Notes under the pieces: model-generated
The model's database searches: none
What the model was told of the DNA's origin: nothing
The model's input: the letters and a program-made list of their open reading frames with translations, nothing else
Origin: Chthoniobacterales bacterium
GTDB taxonomy: Bacteria > Verrucomicrobiota > Verrucomicrobiia > Chthoniobacterales > DASVRZ01
Reading direction: 5' to 3'
DNA length: 64,000 bases
Assembly (NCBI GenBank): GCA_039930045.1
Contig: JBDSQB010000002.1
Location: 262,286-326,285 of the forward strand
Position numbers and translations under genes: made by a program
Shown here: positions 46,021-58,076 of the stretch, one piece after another
Position numbering within the stretch: position 1 is the stretch's first letter
Layout of the letters: each line of letters opens with the position of its first letter

Positions 46021-46941
46021 ATGAAAAAAACGTTCTCCCTCCCCTTCCCCAACCTCCTCGCCACCGCCGGCCTCCTCTGTCTGGCCACGGTCGCCTCCGC
46101 TCAAGAAGGCGGTGCTCCCGCAGCCGCACCCGAGTCGCACTCGATCATCCAGCTCATCTGGCATGGTGGCCCGCTCACCGTCGGCATCTGGATTTGTCTC
46201 ATTCTAACCTCTGTGACGATGGTTACTTTCATCGTTCAAAACATCCTTTTCCTGCGCAATGAAAAGCTCGCGCCGCCTCCCCTTCTTGATTCCCTGCGCC
46301 AGACGCTTTCCTCGGGAAACTATCAGGAAGCATGGGAAATCTGCCGCGCCAATAGCTCCTACATCGCCAACGTCCTGCGCGCCGGCCTTGAGCGCCTCGG
46401 CCGTGGCAAGGAAGCCGTCCAGGAAGGTCTCGCCGAGCACGGTCTGCGCGAAGCCCAGATTCTCCGCACCCGGAACAGCTACCTCTCCGTCATCGGCGTC
46501 GTCTCGCCCATGATCGGTCTGCTCGGCACCGTCATCGGCATGATGCGCGCCTTCGCCACCTTGGCCTCCAGTGGTATCAAAAACCCAAGCGCACTCGCTG
46601 CGAACATCTCCGAGGTGTTGCTCGCCACTGCCAGCGGTCTCTTCATCGCCATTCCGGCGTTCGTCACCTACTACATTTTCCGCAACCGCGCCCAGATGGT
46701 CATTGTTCACGCGGACGACAAGATCAACGAGCTCGTCTCCGACATTCCCTACGAAGAACTGGCCGGCGTCCGCATCGGGGAAAACTTCAGCGCTGGCGTC
46801 GCCGGTGTCGGCAGCAGCGCTTCGGGCGAATCCCGCAAAGTCTCCATGGCTCTCACGACCAACTGCCCCGTTTGCAACGGTGCCGTCACTCCCGGCGTGA
46901 ATCCCTGCCCGCATTGCGGCGCCACTTTGCAGTGGACTTAG
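46021..46941 (+). CDS. exbB: MotA/TolQ/ExbB proton-channel protein with C-terminal zinc-ribbon extension
   Basis: Signal peptide, three TM segments, GLLGTVIGMMRAF motif. Extra ~70-aa tail ending CPVCNGAVTPGVNPCPHCG. Confidence 0.85.
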   Translation: MKKTFSLPFPNLLATAGLLCLATVASAQEGGAPAAAPESHSIIQLIWHGGPLTVGIWICLILTSVTMVTFIVQNILFLRNEKLAPPPLLDSLRQTLSSGNYQEAWEICRANSSYIANVLRAGLERLGRGKEAVQEGLAEHGLREAQILRTRNSYLSVIGVVSPMIGLLGTVIGMMRAFATLASSGIKNPSALAANISEVLLATASGLFIAIPAFVTYYIFRNRAQMVIVHADDKINELVSDIPYEELAGVRIGENFSAGVAGVGSSASGESRKVSMALTTNCPVCNGAVTPGVNPCPHCGATLQWT

Positions 46942-46968
46942 ACTGAACTCAGCCGCCTCCCCCAGAGT

Positions 46969-47436
46969 ATGTCGCACACGAGTGTCATCAAAGGAGCCGT
47001 CCGGGTCATGCCCGAGGAAGATCCGGAGTTTCAGATCGCCCCGATGATCGACATCCTGCTCGTGCTCCTAGTGTTTTTCATGTCGATCAGCTCGACCCAA
47101 GTCTTGCAGTCGAATGATCAGGTCCAGTTGCCGGTTGCCGCCAAGGCCAAGGACCCAAAGGAAGGAGGGGACTCTGGCACCGCCATTCTCAACGTCCTCT
47201 GGGTGCCGCTCGGCAACGCGGGCCAGATTCAATACAACGAGGTCACCGTCAACGACGCCAACGCCATTATCGGACCGTTGCAGGATTCCATTTCCAAGAA
47301 TCCGAAATTGCGCGTCATCATCCGTGCCGACCGGCGCGCGCCTTACAGCTTCATCCGGCCCCTGCTCGTTGCCGTCGGCCGGGCGGGTGCGATCAATATC
47401 ACATTTTCGGTCATCAACAAAGACGACGAAAAATGA
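46969..47436 (+). CDS. exbD: ExbD/TolR family protein
   Basis: EFQIAPMIDILLVLLVFFM anchor motif. 155 aa. Confidence 0.85.
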   Translation: MSHTSVIKGAVRVMPEEDPEFQIAPMIDILLVLLVFFMSISSTQVLQSNDQVQLPVAAKAKDPKEGGDSGTAILNVLWVPLGNAGQIQYNEVTVNDANAIIGPLQDSISKNPKLRVIIRADRRAPYSFIRPLLVAVGRAGAINITFSVINKDDEK

Positions 47437-47451
47437 GGAGGACACTCTAAC

Positions 47452-47868
47452 ATGGCTGGATCAGTAGGTTCCGAGGATGGCGACGTCGGATTTCAAATCG
47501 CGCCAATGGTCGATGTGGTGTTCGTGCTTTTGCTCTTTTTTATGGCAATGGCCGGCACGCAAAAGACCGAGCTGGAGCTCTCCATCAATCTCCCTGGCGG
47601 GGGAAAAGCTTCGAGCGGCCCGCCTCCGACTCCGATCATTATCGACATCAACCAGGACGATTCCATCGTCGTGAACGGCAAAACATTTGATTCGCCAACC
47701 ACCAAGAATCTGGTCCAACTCCAAGCTTGGCTAAGCGAGACGATCAAGATGTTCGGCAGCAAAGACCCGGTGATTATTCGGCCTTCGATGGAGACTCAGC
47801 AGGAACGGATTATCGACGTGCTTAACGCCGCCGCCGCCGCCAAGGTCACGAATCTCAGCTTCGGCTAG
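47452..47868 (+). CDS. exbD: ExbD/TolR family protein, second copy
   Basis: GFQIAPMVDVVFVLLLFFM anchor motif. GAGGAGG Shine-Dalgarno at 47435-47441. Confidence 0.85.
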   Translation: MAGSVGSEDGDVGFQIAPMVDVVFVLLLFFMAMAGTQKTELELSINLPGGGKASSGPPPTPIIIDINQDDSIVVNGKTFDSPTTKNLVQLQAWLSETIKMFGSKDPVIIRPSMETQQERIIDVLNAAAAAKVTNLSFG

Positions 47869-47873
47869 GTAAT

Positions 47874-48593
47874 TTATTCCTCCGGACGATCCTCGGCGAT
47901 AATTTTTTCGTAGAGGCAAAAGAAGCAGACCGGAATGAAACTCGACGCGAGTTTCAGCACGGTGCCAAAACCAGCGGTCATTTGCCAGGTGTCGAACTGT
48001 GGATTGGTCTGCAGCATCCCGATACCGATGAAACCCGCGAGCTGCACCGGCACGTAAACGAAGAGGCACAACCCGAGGATTTGCCAGCCACGATCAGTAG
48101 TCAGTTTGGCGCTGCGCCGCAAAGCCGCCACACCCCATTCGCCCTCAGTCATCACCACCGTGACGGCGAGACTGAGCCGAATCCCGATCACCACGGACGG
48201 CAGAAGAAAAATCAGCCGCATCTGCCAGGTGCCAATCGGCAGGAAAAACAAGGCCGACACCATCACGACCAGGCAATTCGTCAATAAATTCGTCCAGCAG
48301 AGTTGCAGCCAGTGGCTCACGGCCACACCAAAGCATTCTAGGAAACCGGCGCGCCGTCCCATGCGATCCACGAAGAGCGCGTGCAGGACACCAGCGGCGA
48401 TCACACTGCCAAAAACCAGATCGATCAACAGGCCCGTCTGCAAACCGGCCACGAAGTTTTTCCGGTCGAAGACGTTGTAGGCCAGATAGCTCGACAGCAT
48501 CTGGCCGACGAGCCCAATGCTCAGGACGAGCCCGAGAATAACGCCGAAAACTTTGCAGTAGAGCCGAAGTGCGGAGCCCAGAAGGTCGTTCAT
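47874..48593 (-). CDS. Hypothetical polytopic membrane protein
   Basis: 239-aa ORF with about six hydrophobic segments, 18 nt downstream of acnA on the same strand. No family recognised. Confidence 0.6.
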   Translation of the reverse strand: MNDLLGSALRLYCKVFGVILGLVLSIGLVGQMLSSYLAYNVFDRKNFVAGLQTGLLIDLVFGSVIAAGVLHALFVDRMGRRAGFLECFGVAVSHWLQLCWTNLLTNCLVVMVSALFFLPIGTWQMRLIFLLPSVVIGIRLSLAVTVVMTEGEWGVAALRRSAKLTTDRGWQILGLCLFVYVPVQLAGFIGIGMLQTNPQFDTWQMTAGFGTVLKLASSFIPVCFFCLYEKIIAEDRPEE

Positions 48594-48611
48594 GGGACTT
48601 CCATTTGACTC

Positions 48612-51488
<2,877 letters not shown>

Positions 51489-51569
51489 CGCACTTACATG
51501 GCGAAAAGCGCCCGGTCCGTCAAGAATGGTTCCTGCGAATGACGAACGTAGTCCCTCCAGATTCCTCCC

Positions 51570-52406
51570 TCAGCCGCCGATCCGGCAATTATCGATCAGC
51601 CGCGTCTGGCCAAAAAACACGGCGGCGGCGATCAGACTGCCACTCGTCACTTGGGATTGCGGCTCCAGCGTGTCGGCGTCCACCAGGCTCACGTAATCGA
51701 TGCGGCCCCCGGCTTTTTCGATGGCGCGGGTGACACGTCCGAGGATTTTCTTCGCGCTGATTTCTCCCTCACTCGCCTCTGTTTTTGCTGCGAGCAAACT
51801 CCGGCGAATGACCGGCGCGGCGGCGCGCTCCAACGGAGTTAGATAGCGATTGCGCGAGCTGAGGGCGAGCCCGTCGGCCTCGCGCACCGTGGGCAACCCG
51901 ACGATTTTCACGGGGAAATCGAGGTCGCGCACCATGCGGCGTGTGATGGCGAGTTGCTGGTAATCCTTTTCGCCAAAGACCGCGATCTGCGGCTGGAGCA
52001 GGTGAAATAATTTCCCCACCACGGTGCAAACGCCGCGAAAATGCCCCGGCCGCGACGCTCCGCAAAGACTGGTGCTGAGACTCGATTCGTCGATAAAGAC
52101 GCTGTGATCGGCGGCATAGAGCGTCTCCGGCGCAAACACCAGATCGACGCCCTCCGCTTTGCAAATGGCGAGGTCCGCCCGGCGCGGGCGCGGGTATTTC
52201 GCGAGGTCCTCCTTCGGCCCAAACTGGATCGGATTCACGAAAATACTCACCATCACCGAGCCCTTTTTCCCTGCCAGCCCCCGCGCCCTTTTCAAGAGCG
52301 CGATGTGACCCGCATGAAGCGCCCCCATCGTCGGCACGAGCACCCGCAGAGACGGGAGTTGCATAGCACTCTGAAGAGCAGAAGTCGGAGACGAAAGAAC
52401 GCGCAT
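51570..52406 (-). CDS. panC: Pantoate--beta-alanine ligase
   Basis: VPTMGALHAGH motif, FGEKDYQQL, 278 aa. Confidence 0.9.
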   Translation of the reverse strand: MRVLSSPTSALQSAMQLPSLRVLVPTMGALHAGHIALLKRARGLAGKKGSVMVSIFVNPIQFGPKEDLAKYPRPRRADLAICKAEGVDLVFAPETLYAADHSVFIDESSLSTSLCGASRPGHFRGVCTVVGKLFHLLQPQIAVFGEKDYQQLAITRRMVRDLDFPVKIVGLPTVREADGLALSSRNRYLTPLERAAAPVIRRSLLAAKTEASEGEISAKKILGRVTRAIEKAGGRIDYVSLVDADTLEPQSQVTSGSLIAAAVFFGQTRLIDNCRIGG

Positions 52407-52533
52407 CTTGCGATCATTGCCGGAGCCGAATGGCCCGTCAAATCTTCAGAAAAGCAGCTAGACACAGGAATGAGGGAAAGCTGGACGCTATTTCTTTTGT
52501 CCATATTTTCACGAAACGTCTCTCCACACTTCC

Positions 52534-53061
52534 ATGTCCAAACTCATCTGCATCGTGCTCGTCCTGCTATCGTTTATCGCAGGTGCGATCGGCGACTCTC
52601 CCATTCCGCCATCCGAGGACCAGATTATCAAATCGCCGAATGCAAAGTTTGAAGCCTCGATCACTCTCGAACCGCCACAGACCACCGTGTTTGATGTGTC
52701 GGGCGCTGGTCAACGTCAGCTACTGTGGTCGAAGCCAGGGTTTCACCGCATCGCCTTCCTGGCAGACGATGGCCGGCACCTGATTACGGTGTATGGCGGG
52801 GCCAACCTCATTCCGCTCGATTATTCGCCGGGCCTTGTGCTGTTGGAGTTCTTCGATGGACCCAAGCTGGTTCGCAGGGTCACTGTTTCTGAGATCATGC
52901 CCGACTTATCCAAGCTCGAAAGAAGCGTGTCGCACTACGCTTGGGGAAATAGATGGGGCTTGGACTCGGAAGGTTATTTCAATGTCGAGACAGTCGATTT
53001 ACGGCGGCTTAAGTTTGATGTCTCGTCTGGAAAAATAGTCATCACAGAATCACACCCATAA
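52534..53061 (+). CDS. Hypothetical secreted protein
   Basis: Signal peptide MSKLICIVLVLLSFIAGA. 175 aa. No family recognised. Confidence 0.55.
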   Translation: MSKLICIVLVLLSFIAGAIGDSPIPPSEDQIIKSPNAKFEASITLEPPQTTVFDVSGAGQRQLLWSKPGFHRIAFLADDGRHLITVYGGANLIPLDYSPGLVLLEFFDGPKLVRRVTVSEIMPDLSKLERSVSHYAWGNRWGLDSEGYFNVETVDLRRLKFDVSSGKIVITESHP

Positions 53062-53133
53062 AATTCACGTGGGCTACATTGCCACCCAAAAACTCTGTGG
53101 CCTCCGTTGTCCCCGGTGGCTAATAATTTCCCG

Positions 53134-54507
53134 ATGATCGATTGCGCCACGCGTTTGCTAGAACTCCTCGGGCCGGAAAAGGCGTCCGCCGATCCGCAGG
53201 TGCTGGCCGAGCACGCGGGCGACAAATGGTTTGCCTCCACCGTGCCCGAGGTGGTGGTGTTTGCCAGCGAAACGGCGGACGTGGCGACGGTGATGCAGTT
53301 TGCCTCGACCCACGGAATTCCGGTGACGCCGCGCGGTTCAGGCTACGGCTATGTGGGCGGTTGCGTGCCGGTGAAAAAAGGCATCGTTCTCTCATTGGCC
53401 CGCATGAATCGCATCCTGGAAATCCATTTCAACGACGGCGTGGCGGTCGTACAATCGGGGGTGATTACAGGCGAGTTACAGTCGGCTGTGCGCGCCGTCG
53501 GCCTGTATTATCCGCCCGATCCGGCGAGCTTGAAGGAGTGCAGCATCGGCGGAAACATCGCCACGAATGCCGGTGGTCCGCGCTGCCTGAAATACGGCGT
53601 CACGCGTTCCTATCTGCTCGGGCTGGAAGTGGTTTTGCCGAATGGAAACGTTGTGCGCTGCGGTGGGCGCACCCATAAAAACAAGACCGGCTTCGATCTC
53701 ATCGGCCTCTTTACCGGCTCCGAGGGAATGCTCGGAGTCGTCACGGAGGCGACGCTCCGTTTGCTCCCGCTGCCACCAGCGAGGGCATCGTTATCAGCCA
53801 GTTTTGCGAGCGCTCCAGCGGCGGCGGCGGCGGTGCAGGCGGTGTTTCATGGCGGATTTCTCCCAGCTGCACTGGAGGTGGCGGATGCCTTTACTCTCGA
53901 CGCCGCCCGCAAATACCTCGGTCGCGGCCTCGTTCCTGACGGCCAGGCCCATCTCCTGATCGACCTCGACGGGCAGCACGATTCCGTGGCCAGCGAGGCG
54001 GAGTCGCTGCGTCAGATTCTGCAAAAATCCGGCGCTCTCTCGCTGCAAACCGCCGTCGGCGAGGAAGATTGCGAGAAGCTCTGGGACTTGCGCCGCGGCT
54101 TCTCTTTTTCCCTACGCGCGACGGGTTTGATCAAGCTCAACGAGGATGTCGTCGTCCCGCGCGGACGCCTCGTGGATATGTTCGCCTTCGGCGCGCATTT
54201 GCAGGAGAAATACGGCTTTCCCGTGGCCTGTTTTGGACACGCTGGCGATGGAAATATCCACGTCAACATCATGTGTCCCGACTACGAAAAGCCGGAAGTT
54301 CGCGCCCTCGCCGAGACCGCGCTGGACGAGCTTTTTACCCAAGTCCTCGCGTGGGGCGGCGTGATCACGGGCGAGCACGGCGTCGGACTCGCCAAGAAAC
54401 GCTGGTGGCCGCAGGCGGTGAGCGAAAACACGGACGAGTTGCATCGCATTCTAAAAAAAGCCCTCGATCCGCAAGGGATTCTCAATCCGGGAAAGTTTCT
54501 CGGTTGA
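53134..54507 (+). CDS. FAD-binding oxidoreductase (GlcD / D-lactate dehydrogenase family)
   Basis: FAD_binding_4-like PRGSGYGYVGG and GGNIATNAGG. C-terminal GEHGVGL. ATG at 53134 preferred over the TTG at 53107. Confidence 0.85.
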   Translation: MIDCATRLLELLGPEKASADPQVLAEHAGDKWFASTVPEVVVFASETADVATVMQFASTHGIPVTPRGSGYGYVGGCVPVKKGIVLSLARMNRILEIHFNDGVAVVQSGVITGELQSAVRAVGLYYPPDPASLKECSIGGNIATNAGGPRCLKYGVTRSYLLGLEVVLPNGNVVRCGGRTHKNKTGFDLIGLFTGSEGMLGVVTEATLRLLPLPPARASLSASFASAPAAAAAVQAVFHGGFLPAALEVADAFTLDAARKYLGRGLVPDGQAHLLIDLDGQHDSVASEAESLRQILQKSGALSLQTAVGEEDCEKLWDLRRGFSFSLRATGLIKLNEDVVVPRGRLVDMFAFGAHLQEKYGFPVACFGHAGDGNIHVNIMCPDYEKPEVRALAETALDELFTQVLAWGGVITGEHGVGLAKKRWWPQAVSENTDELHRILKKALDPQGILNPGKFLG

Positions 54508-54576
54508 ATCGTTGCCGGTGGCACAATTTCTGCAACCATCTTTTGCAATGTTCCACTTTTTCACAGTCATCCAGCC

Positions 54577-55809
54577 ATGAGCGTCCCGTCCTGCCGCTTT
54601 TGCCACGCGCCACTTTCGACCCGGTTCGTCGATCTCGGATTGTCGCCACTCTGCCAGAACATCATCCCACTGGAGGACGCCAGCAAACCCGAGGCGTTCT
54701 ACCCGCTGGACGTCTTCGTCTGCGGCAGTTGCAAGCTCGTGCAGCTCGATGAATTTGTTAGTCCGTCGGAAATTTTCACCGAATACGCCTACTTCTCCAG
54801 CTACTCCGACAGCCTCGTCGCGCACGCTAAAAAATATGTGGAGTCCATGGTCACGCGCCTCGGCTTGACTAGCAACGATCTGGCCGTGGAAATCGCCAGC
54901 AATGACGGCTATCTTCTCCAGCATTTCCTGCCGCTCGGCATTCCCGTGACCGGCATCGAACCCGCTAAAAATGTCGGCGCTGTCGCCCGCGAGAAAGGCA
55001 TTCCTGTCGTGCACAAATTCATGGGCGTGGAGACCGCGACACAGTTTCTAGCAGAACGCGGAGCCGCCAGCCTCCTCATCGGCAACAACGTTCTCGCGCA
55101 CGTGCCTAACATCAATGACTTCGTTGAGGGTATGCGCATTTTGCTAGCGCCCGGCGGCACAATCACGATGGAGTTTCCCCACCTCCTGCGTTTGATCGAG
55201 GGCAACCAGTTCGACACGATTTATCACGAGCACTTTTCCTATCTGTCGCTGATCGCGGTCGAAAAAATCTTCGCCGCCCACGGGCTCACCATCTTCGATG
55301 TCGATGAGCTAAAAATCCACGGGGGTTCCATTCGAATCTACGCGCAGCATACTAACATAGCTCCCAAGCTAACATCGGGCCTGCTCAAAGTGCGCGCCGA
55401 CGAGGCCACCGCTGGCTTCGACACCATGGCGGCTTACAGCGATTTTGGCGAACGCGTGAAGCTCACGAAAAACCGCATTCTCTCGAAACTGATCGAACTC
55501 AAATCTCAGGGGAAAACCATTGTCGGTTACGGCGCGCCCGGCAAAGGGAATACCTTGCTTAACTTCTGCGGCATTCGCACTGACTACCTCGACTACACCG
55601 TGGATCGAAATGTTTACAAACAAGGCAAACTCCTTCCCGGCAGCCGCATTCCAGTCAATCCGGTTGAGAAGATTTCCGAGACGAAACCAGACTACGTTTT
55701 CATCCTGCCCTGGAATCTCACCAAGGAAATCACGGGCCAGCTCAGTTACATCCGCGAATGGGGCGGAAAGTTCATTGTTCCCATTCCTGAAGTTAGTATT
55801 CTAGATTAG
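54577..55809 (+). CDS. SAM-dependent NDP-sugar C-methyltransferase-like protein
   Basis: N-terminal zinc-ribbon cysteines (CRFCHAPL..CGSCKLVQ). Class I MTase core (VEIASNDGYLL). C-terminal domain typical of sugar C-methyltransferases (TylCIII/TcaB9 type, from memory). Confidence 0.75.
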   Translation: MSVPSCRFCHAPLSTRFVDLGLSPLCQNIIPLEDASKPEAFYPLDVFVCGSCKLVQLDEFVSPSEIFTEYAYFSSYSDSLVAHAKKYVESMVTRLGLTSNDLAVEIASNDGYLLQHFLPLGIPVTGIEPAKNVGAVAREKGIPVVHKFMGVETATQFLAERGAASLLIGNNVLAHVPNINDFVEGMRILLAPGGTITMEFPHLLRLIEGNQFDTIYHEHFSYLSLIAVEKIFAAHGLTIFDVDELKIHGGSIRIYAQHTNIAPKLTSGLLKVRADEATAGFDTMAAYSDFGERVKLTKNRILSKLIELKSQGKTIVGYGAPGKGNTLLNFCGIRTDYLDYTVDRNVYKQGKLLPGSRIPVNPVEKISETKPDYVFILPWNLTKEITGQLSYIREWGGKFIVPIPEVSILD

Positions 55810-55819
55810 AACCAACATC

Positions 55820-56596
55820 ATGAAAGTCGTCTTATTTTGCGGTGGAATGGGAATGCGAATGCGCGAAGCTTCAGAAGCTTTGCCCAAGCCGTTGGTGACT
55901 ATCGGCGACCGCCCGATACTTCTCCACCTCATGAAATATTATGCGCACCACGGGCATAAGGATTTTATTCTCTGCCTTGGTTACAAGGGAGAAGCGATCA
56001 AGGATTTCTTCCTCAACTATAACGAGAAGCTGGCCAACGATTTTACTCTCGCGAATGGCCGCTCCGAAGTCACGCTGCTCAACAACGAAATGAAAGACTG
56101 GACGATCAGCTTCGTGAATACCGGGCTGAATTCCAACATCGGAATGCGACTCAAATCGGTAGAGAAATATCTCAATGGCGACGAAGAATTTCTAGCCAAC
56201 TACGCCGATGGTCTGGCCGACGTGCCGTTGCCGCAAGTGATCGGCGATTTCCATAAGCACGACAAGATCGCCAGCTTTGTTAGCATTCGCCCCAAGCAAA
56301 CTTTCCACGTCGTGGAGAGCCAAGAGGATGGCACGGTGCGTTGTATCGAGGAAATGGGCAACTCCGGCATCTGGATCAATGGCGGATTCTTTGTTTTCAA
56401 GCGCGAGATTTTTAACTACATCAAGGAAGGCGACGAACTAGTCAACGAACCATTCCAGAGATTGATTTCGGAGAACCAGTTGCATACTTATCAGCACAAT
56501 GGGTTCTGGGCGTGCATGGATACTTTTAAGGAGAAGCAGCAGTTTGAGGATCTCTATGCGCGAGGTCACATGCCCTGGGCCGTCTGGCAGGAATAA
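55820..56596 (+). CDS. rfbF: Glucose-1-phosphate cytidylyltransferase
   Basis: MKVVLFCGGMGMRMRE nucleotidyltransferase motif, GFWACMDT, 258 aa. Confidence 0.88.
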   Translation: MKVVLFCGGMGMRMREASEALPKPLVTIGDRPILLHLMKYYAHHGHKDFILCLGYKGEAIKDFFLNYNEKLANDFTLANGRSEVTLLNNEMKDWTISFVNTGLNSNIGMRLKSVEKYLNGDEEFLANYADGLADVPLPQVIGDFHKHDKIASFVSIRPKQTFHVVESQEDGTVRCIEEMGNSGIWINGGFFVFKREIFNYIKEGDELVNEPFQRLISENQLHTYQHNGFWACMDTFKEKQQFEDLYARGHMPWAVWQE

Positions 56597-56602
56597 ATCG
56601 TT

Positions 56603-57244
56603 ATGCTGACCTTTAAGCCCACCCAAGTTCCGCGTCAGATTTTATTGTTAGGAGCACACTCCGACGACATAGAGATTGGTTGCGGCGGAACTGTGTTGCA
56701 GCTCGTCGAGAAGTATCCCGATGCGCTTTTTATTTGGGTGGTGATTTGTTCCAATGAAGAACGCGCGAAGGAAGCTCATGCAAGCGCCGAAGCGTTTCTA
56801 GGCAAGGATGTCTTGCGCGATATTAGGATTTTTTCTTTCCGCGATGGGTTTCTTCCATGGCTGGGCATGGAAGTGAAGGAGACTTTTGAGAAGATCAAGA
56901 TCGATACTGCGCCGGACTTGATCTTCACCCATTCGCGAGAGGATCGACATCAAGATCACCGCACACTTTGCGAACTCACCTGGAATACTTGGCGCGATCA
57001 TTCAATCTTTGAATACGAGATTCCCAAGTATGATGGCGACCTTGGTCAGCCTAACACTTTTGTCTCTTTGAGTGCGAAGCAAGCGACGTTGAAAGTGAAT
57101 TACTTGATGGAGTTTTTTGGTACACAACGAAGCAAGCGCTGGTTTACTCCAGAGACTTTTCAAGCCATGATGCGGCTGCGCGGAATCGAGGCTGGATCGG
57201 AAATGGCGGAGGCGTTTTACACCCGGAAGTTTTTGATTAGCTAG
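56603..57244 (+). CDS. PIG-L/LmbE family deacetylase
   Basis: LLLGAHSDDIEIGCGGT and HQDH motifs. Confidence 0.8.
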   Translation: MLTFKPTQVPRQILLLGAHSDDIEIGCGGTVLQLVEKYPDALFIWVVICSNEERAKEAHASAEAFLGKDVLRDIRIFSFRDGFLPWLGMEVKETFEKIKIDTAPDLIFTHSREDRHQDHRTLCELTWNTWRDHSIFEYEIPKYDGDLGQPNTFVSLSAKQATLKVNYLMEFFGTQRSKRWFTPETFQAMMRLRGIEAGSEMAEAFYTRKFLIS

Positions 57245-57878
57245 AACGCGTCCAGAGATCGGAGTGCATCATTCCCCAATCGGATGTAACTCGACTAAAA
57301 AGTTGGAACCCTACATTTTCTAACATCGCGTCTGGCTTGACTAACTGCCTCGCCTGAACACCGGCGAGATTACGAAAAAGGAGGTAGGCGCCACGCAACA
57401 TCACGCGGGCGCGAAGTCGGGCTAGACCGCACTCAGGCTCGCAGAAATCGGTGATGAGCCAGCGCGAGTTAGAAGTCGCGGCAGACGCAAGTTTCATTGT
57501 AATCAGACGAAGTGTTTCCTCGGGAAAACAATCCAGAAAAAAGTGCGTCACGATAAGATCGTAGCCCGGTTCCTCGGGTGCCCATGTTAGCAAGTTTTCG
57601 CATACGAATCTTACTCTACCCTCATCTCCACCAGCCTTCTTCCAACTGGCGGCGGCGCGTTGCAGCATCGCGGGCGATTCGTCGATAACAGTGAAACTCG
57701 CCTCTGGAAGTGCTCTGGCGCAGGCGGCGAGGAAACTTCCATTTCCCTCACCGGCGATGAGCACACGACGAGCATCGGCGACGGACGACAGATGCGCCAC
57801 GCGGGCCCTCTGCATACGGGAGCCGGTCGAGAGGAGTTCGATGAGACCGTAAAAGGAGGCGATTCGATTGAAATTCAC
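57237..57878 (-). CDS. Class I SAM-dependent methyltransferase
   Basis: VLIAGEGNGSFL glycine-rich SAM motif and DLIVTHFFLDCF. GTG start. 8-nt convergent overlap with the PIG-L gene. Confidence 0.75.
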   Translation of the reverse strand: MNFNRIASFYGLIELLSTGSRMQRARVAHLSSVADARRVLIAGEGNGSFLAACARALPEASFTVIDESPAMLQRAAASWKKAGGDEGRVRFVCENLLTWAPEEPGYDLIVTHFFLDCFPEETLRLITMKLASAATSNSRWLITDFCEPECGLARLRARVMLRGAYLLFRNLAGVQARQLVKPDAMLENVGFQLFSRVTSDWGMMHSDLWTRSS

Positions 57879-57902
57879 GCCGCCGACTCGCTTGGGAAAA
57901 AG

Positions 57903-57976
57903 TGGTTACCGCGCATGGATTCGAACCATGAATAAAGCCTCCAAAGGGCTCTGTGTTACCGTTACACCACGCGGCA
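57903..57976 (-). tRNA. tRNA-Gln (anticodon UUG), CCA encoded
   Basis: Hand-folded cloverleaf on the minus strand. 7-bp acceptor stem (U1-A72, G2-U71). D stem GTGT/ACAC. Anticodon stem GAGCC/GGCTT with loop CTTTGGA. T arm CATGG-TTCGAAT-CCATG. Discriminator A plus CCA. 74 nt. Confidence 0.9.
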
Positions 57977-58076
57977 GTGGAGCCAACAGAATAAATTCAA
58001 ACCCACCGTTTGCAAGCTGACAGAGAGGAAAAAATCTCTGTGCCCCCGCGTCCTCTGTGGCTAAATTCCCCTTCCC

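Noticed and set aside
57237-57976. Classical tRNA-targeted genomic island with att repeats
   Set aside because: The cassette abuts the tRNA-Gln 3' end and has lower GC. However, I found no integrase, no recombinase, and no copy of the tRNA 3' segment near the left border at 54508-54576. It is kept only as a compositional observation.
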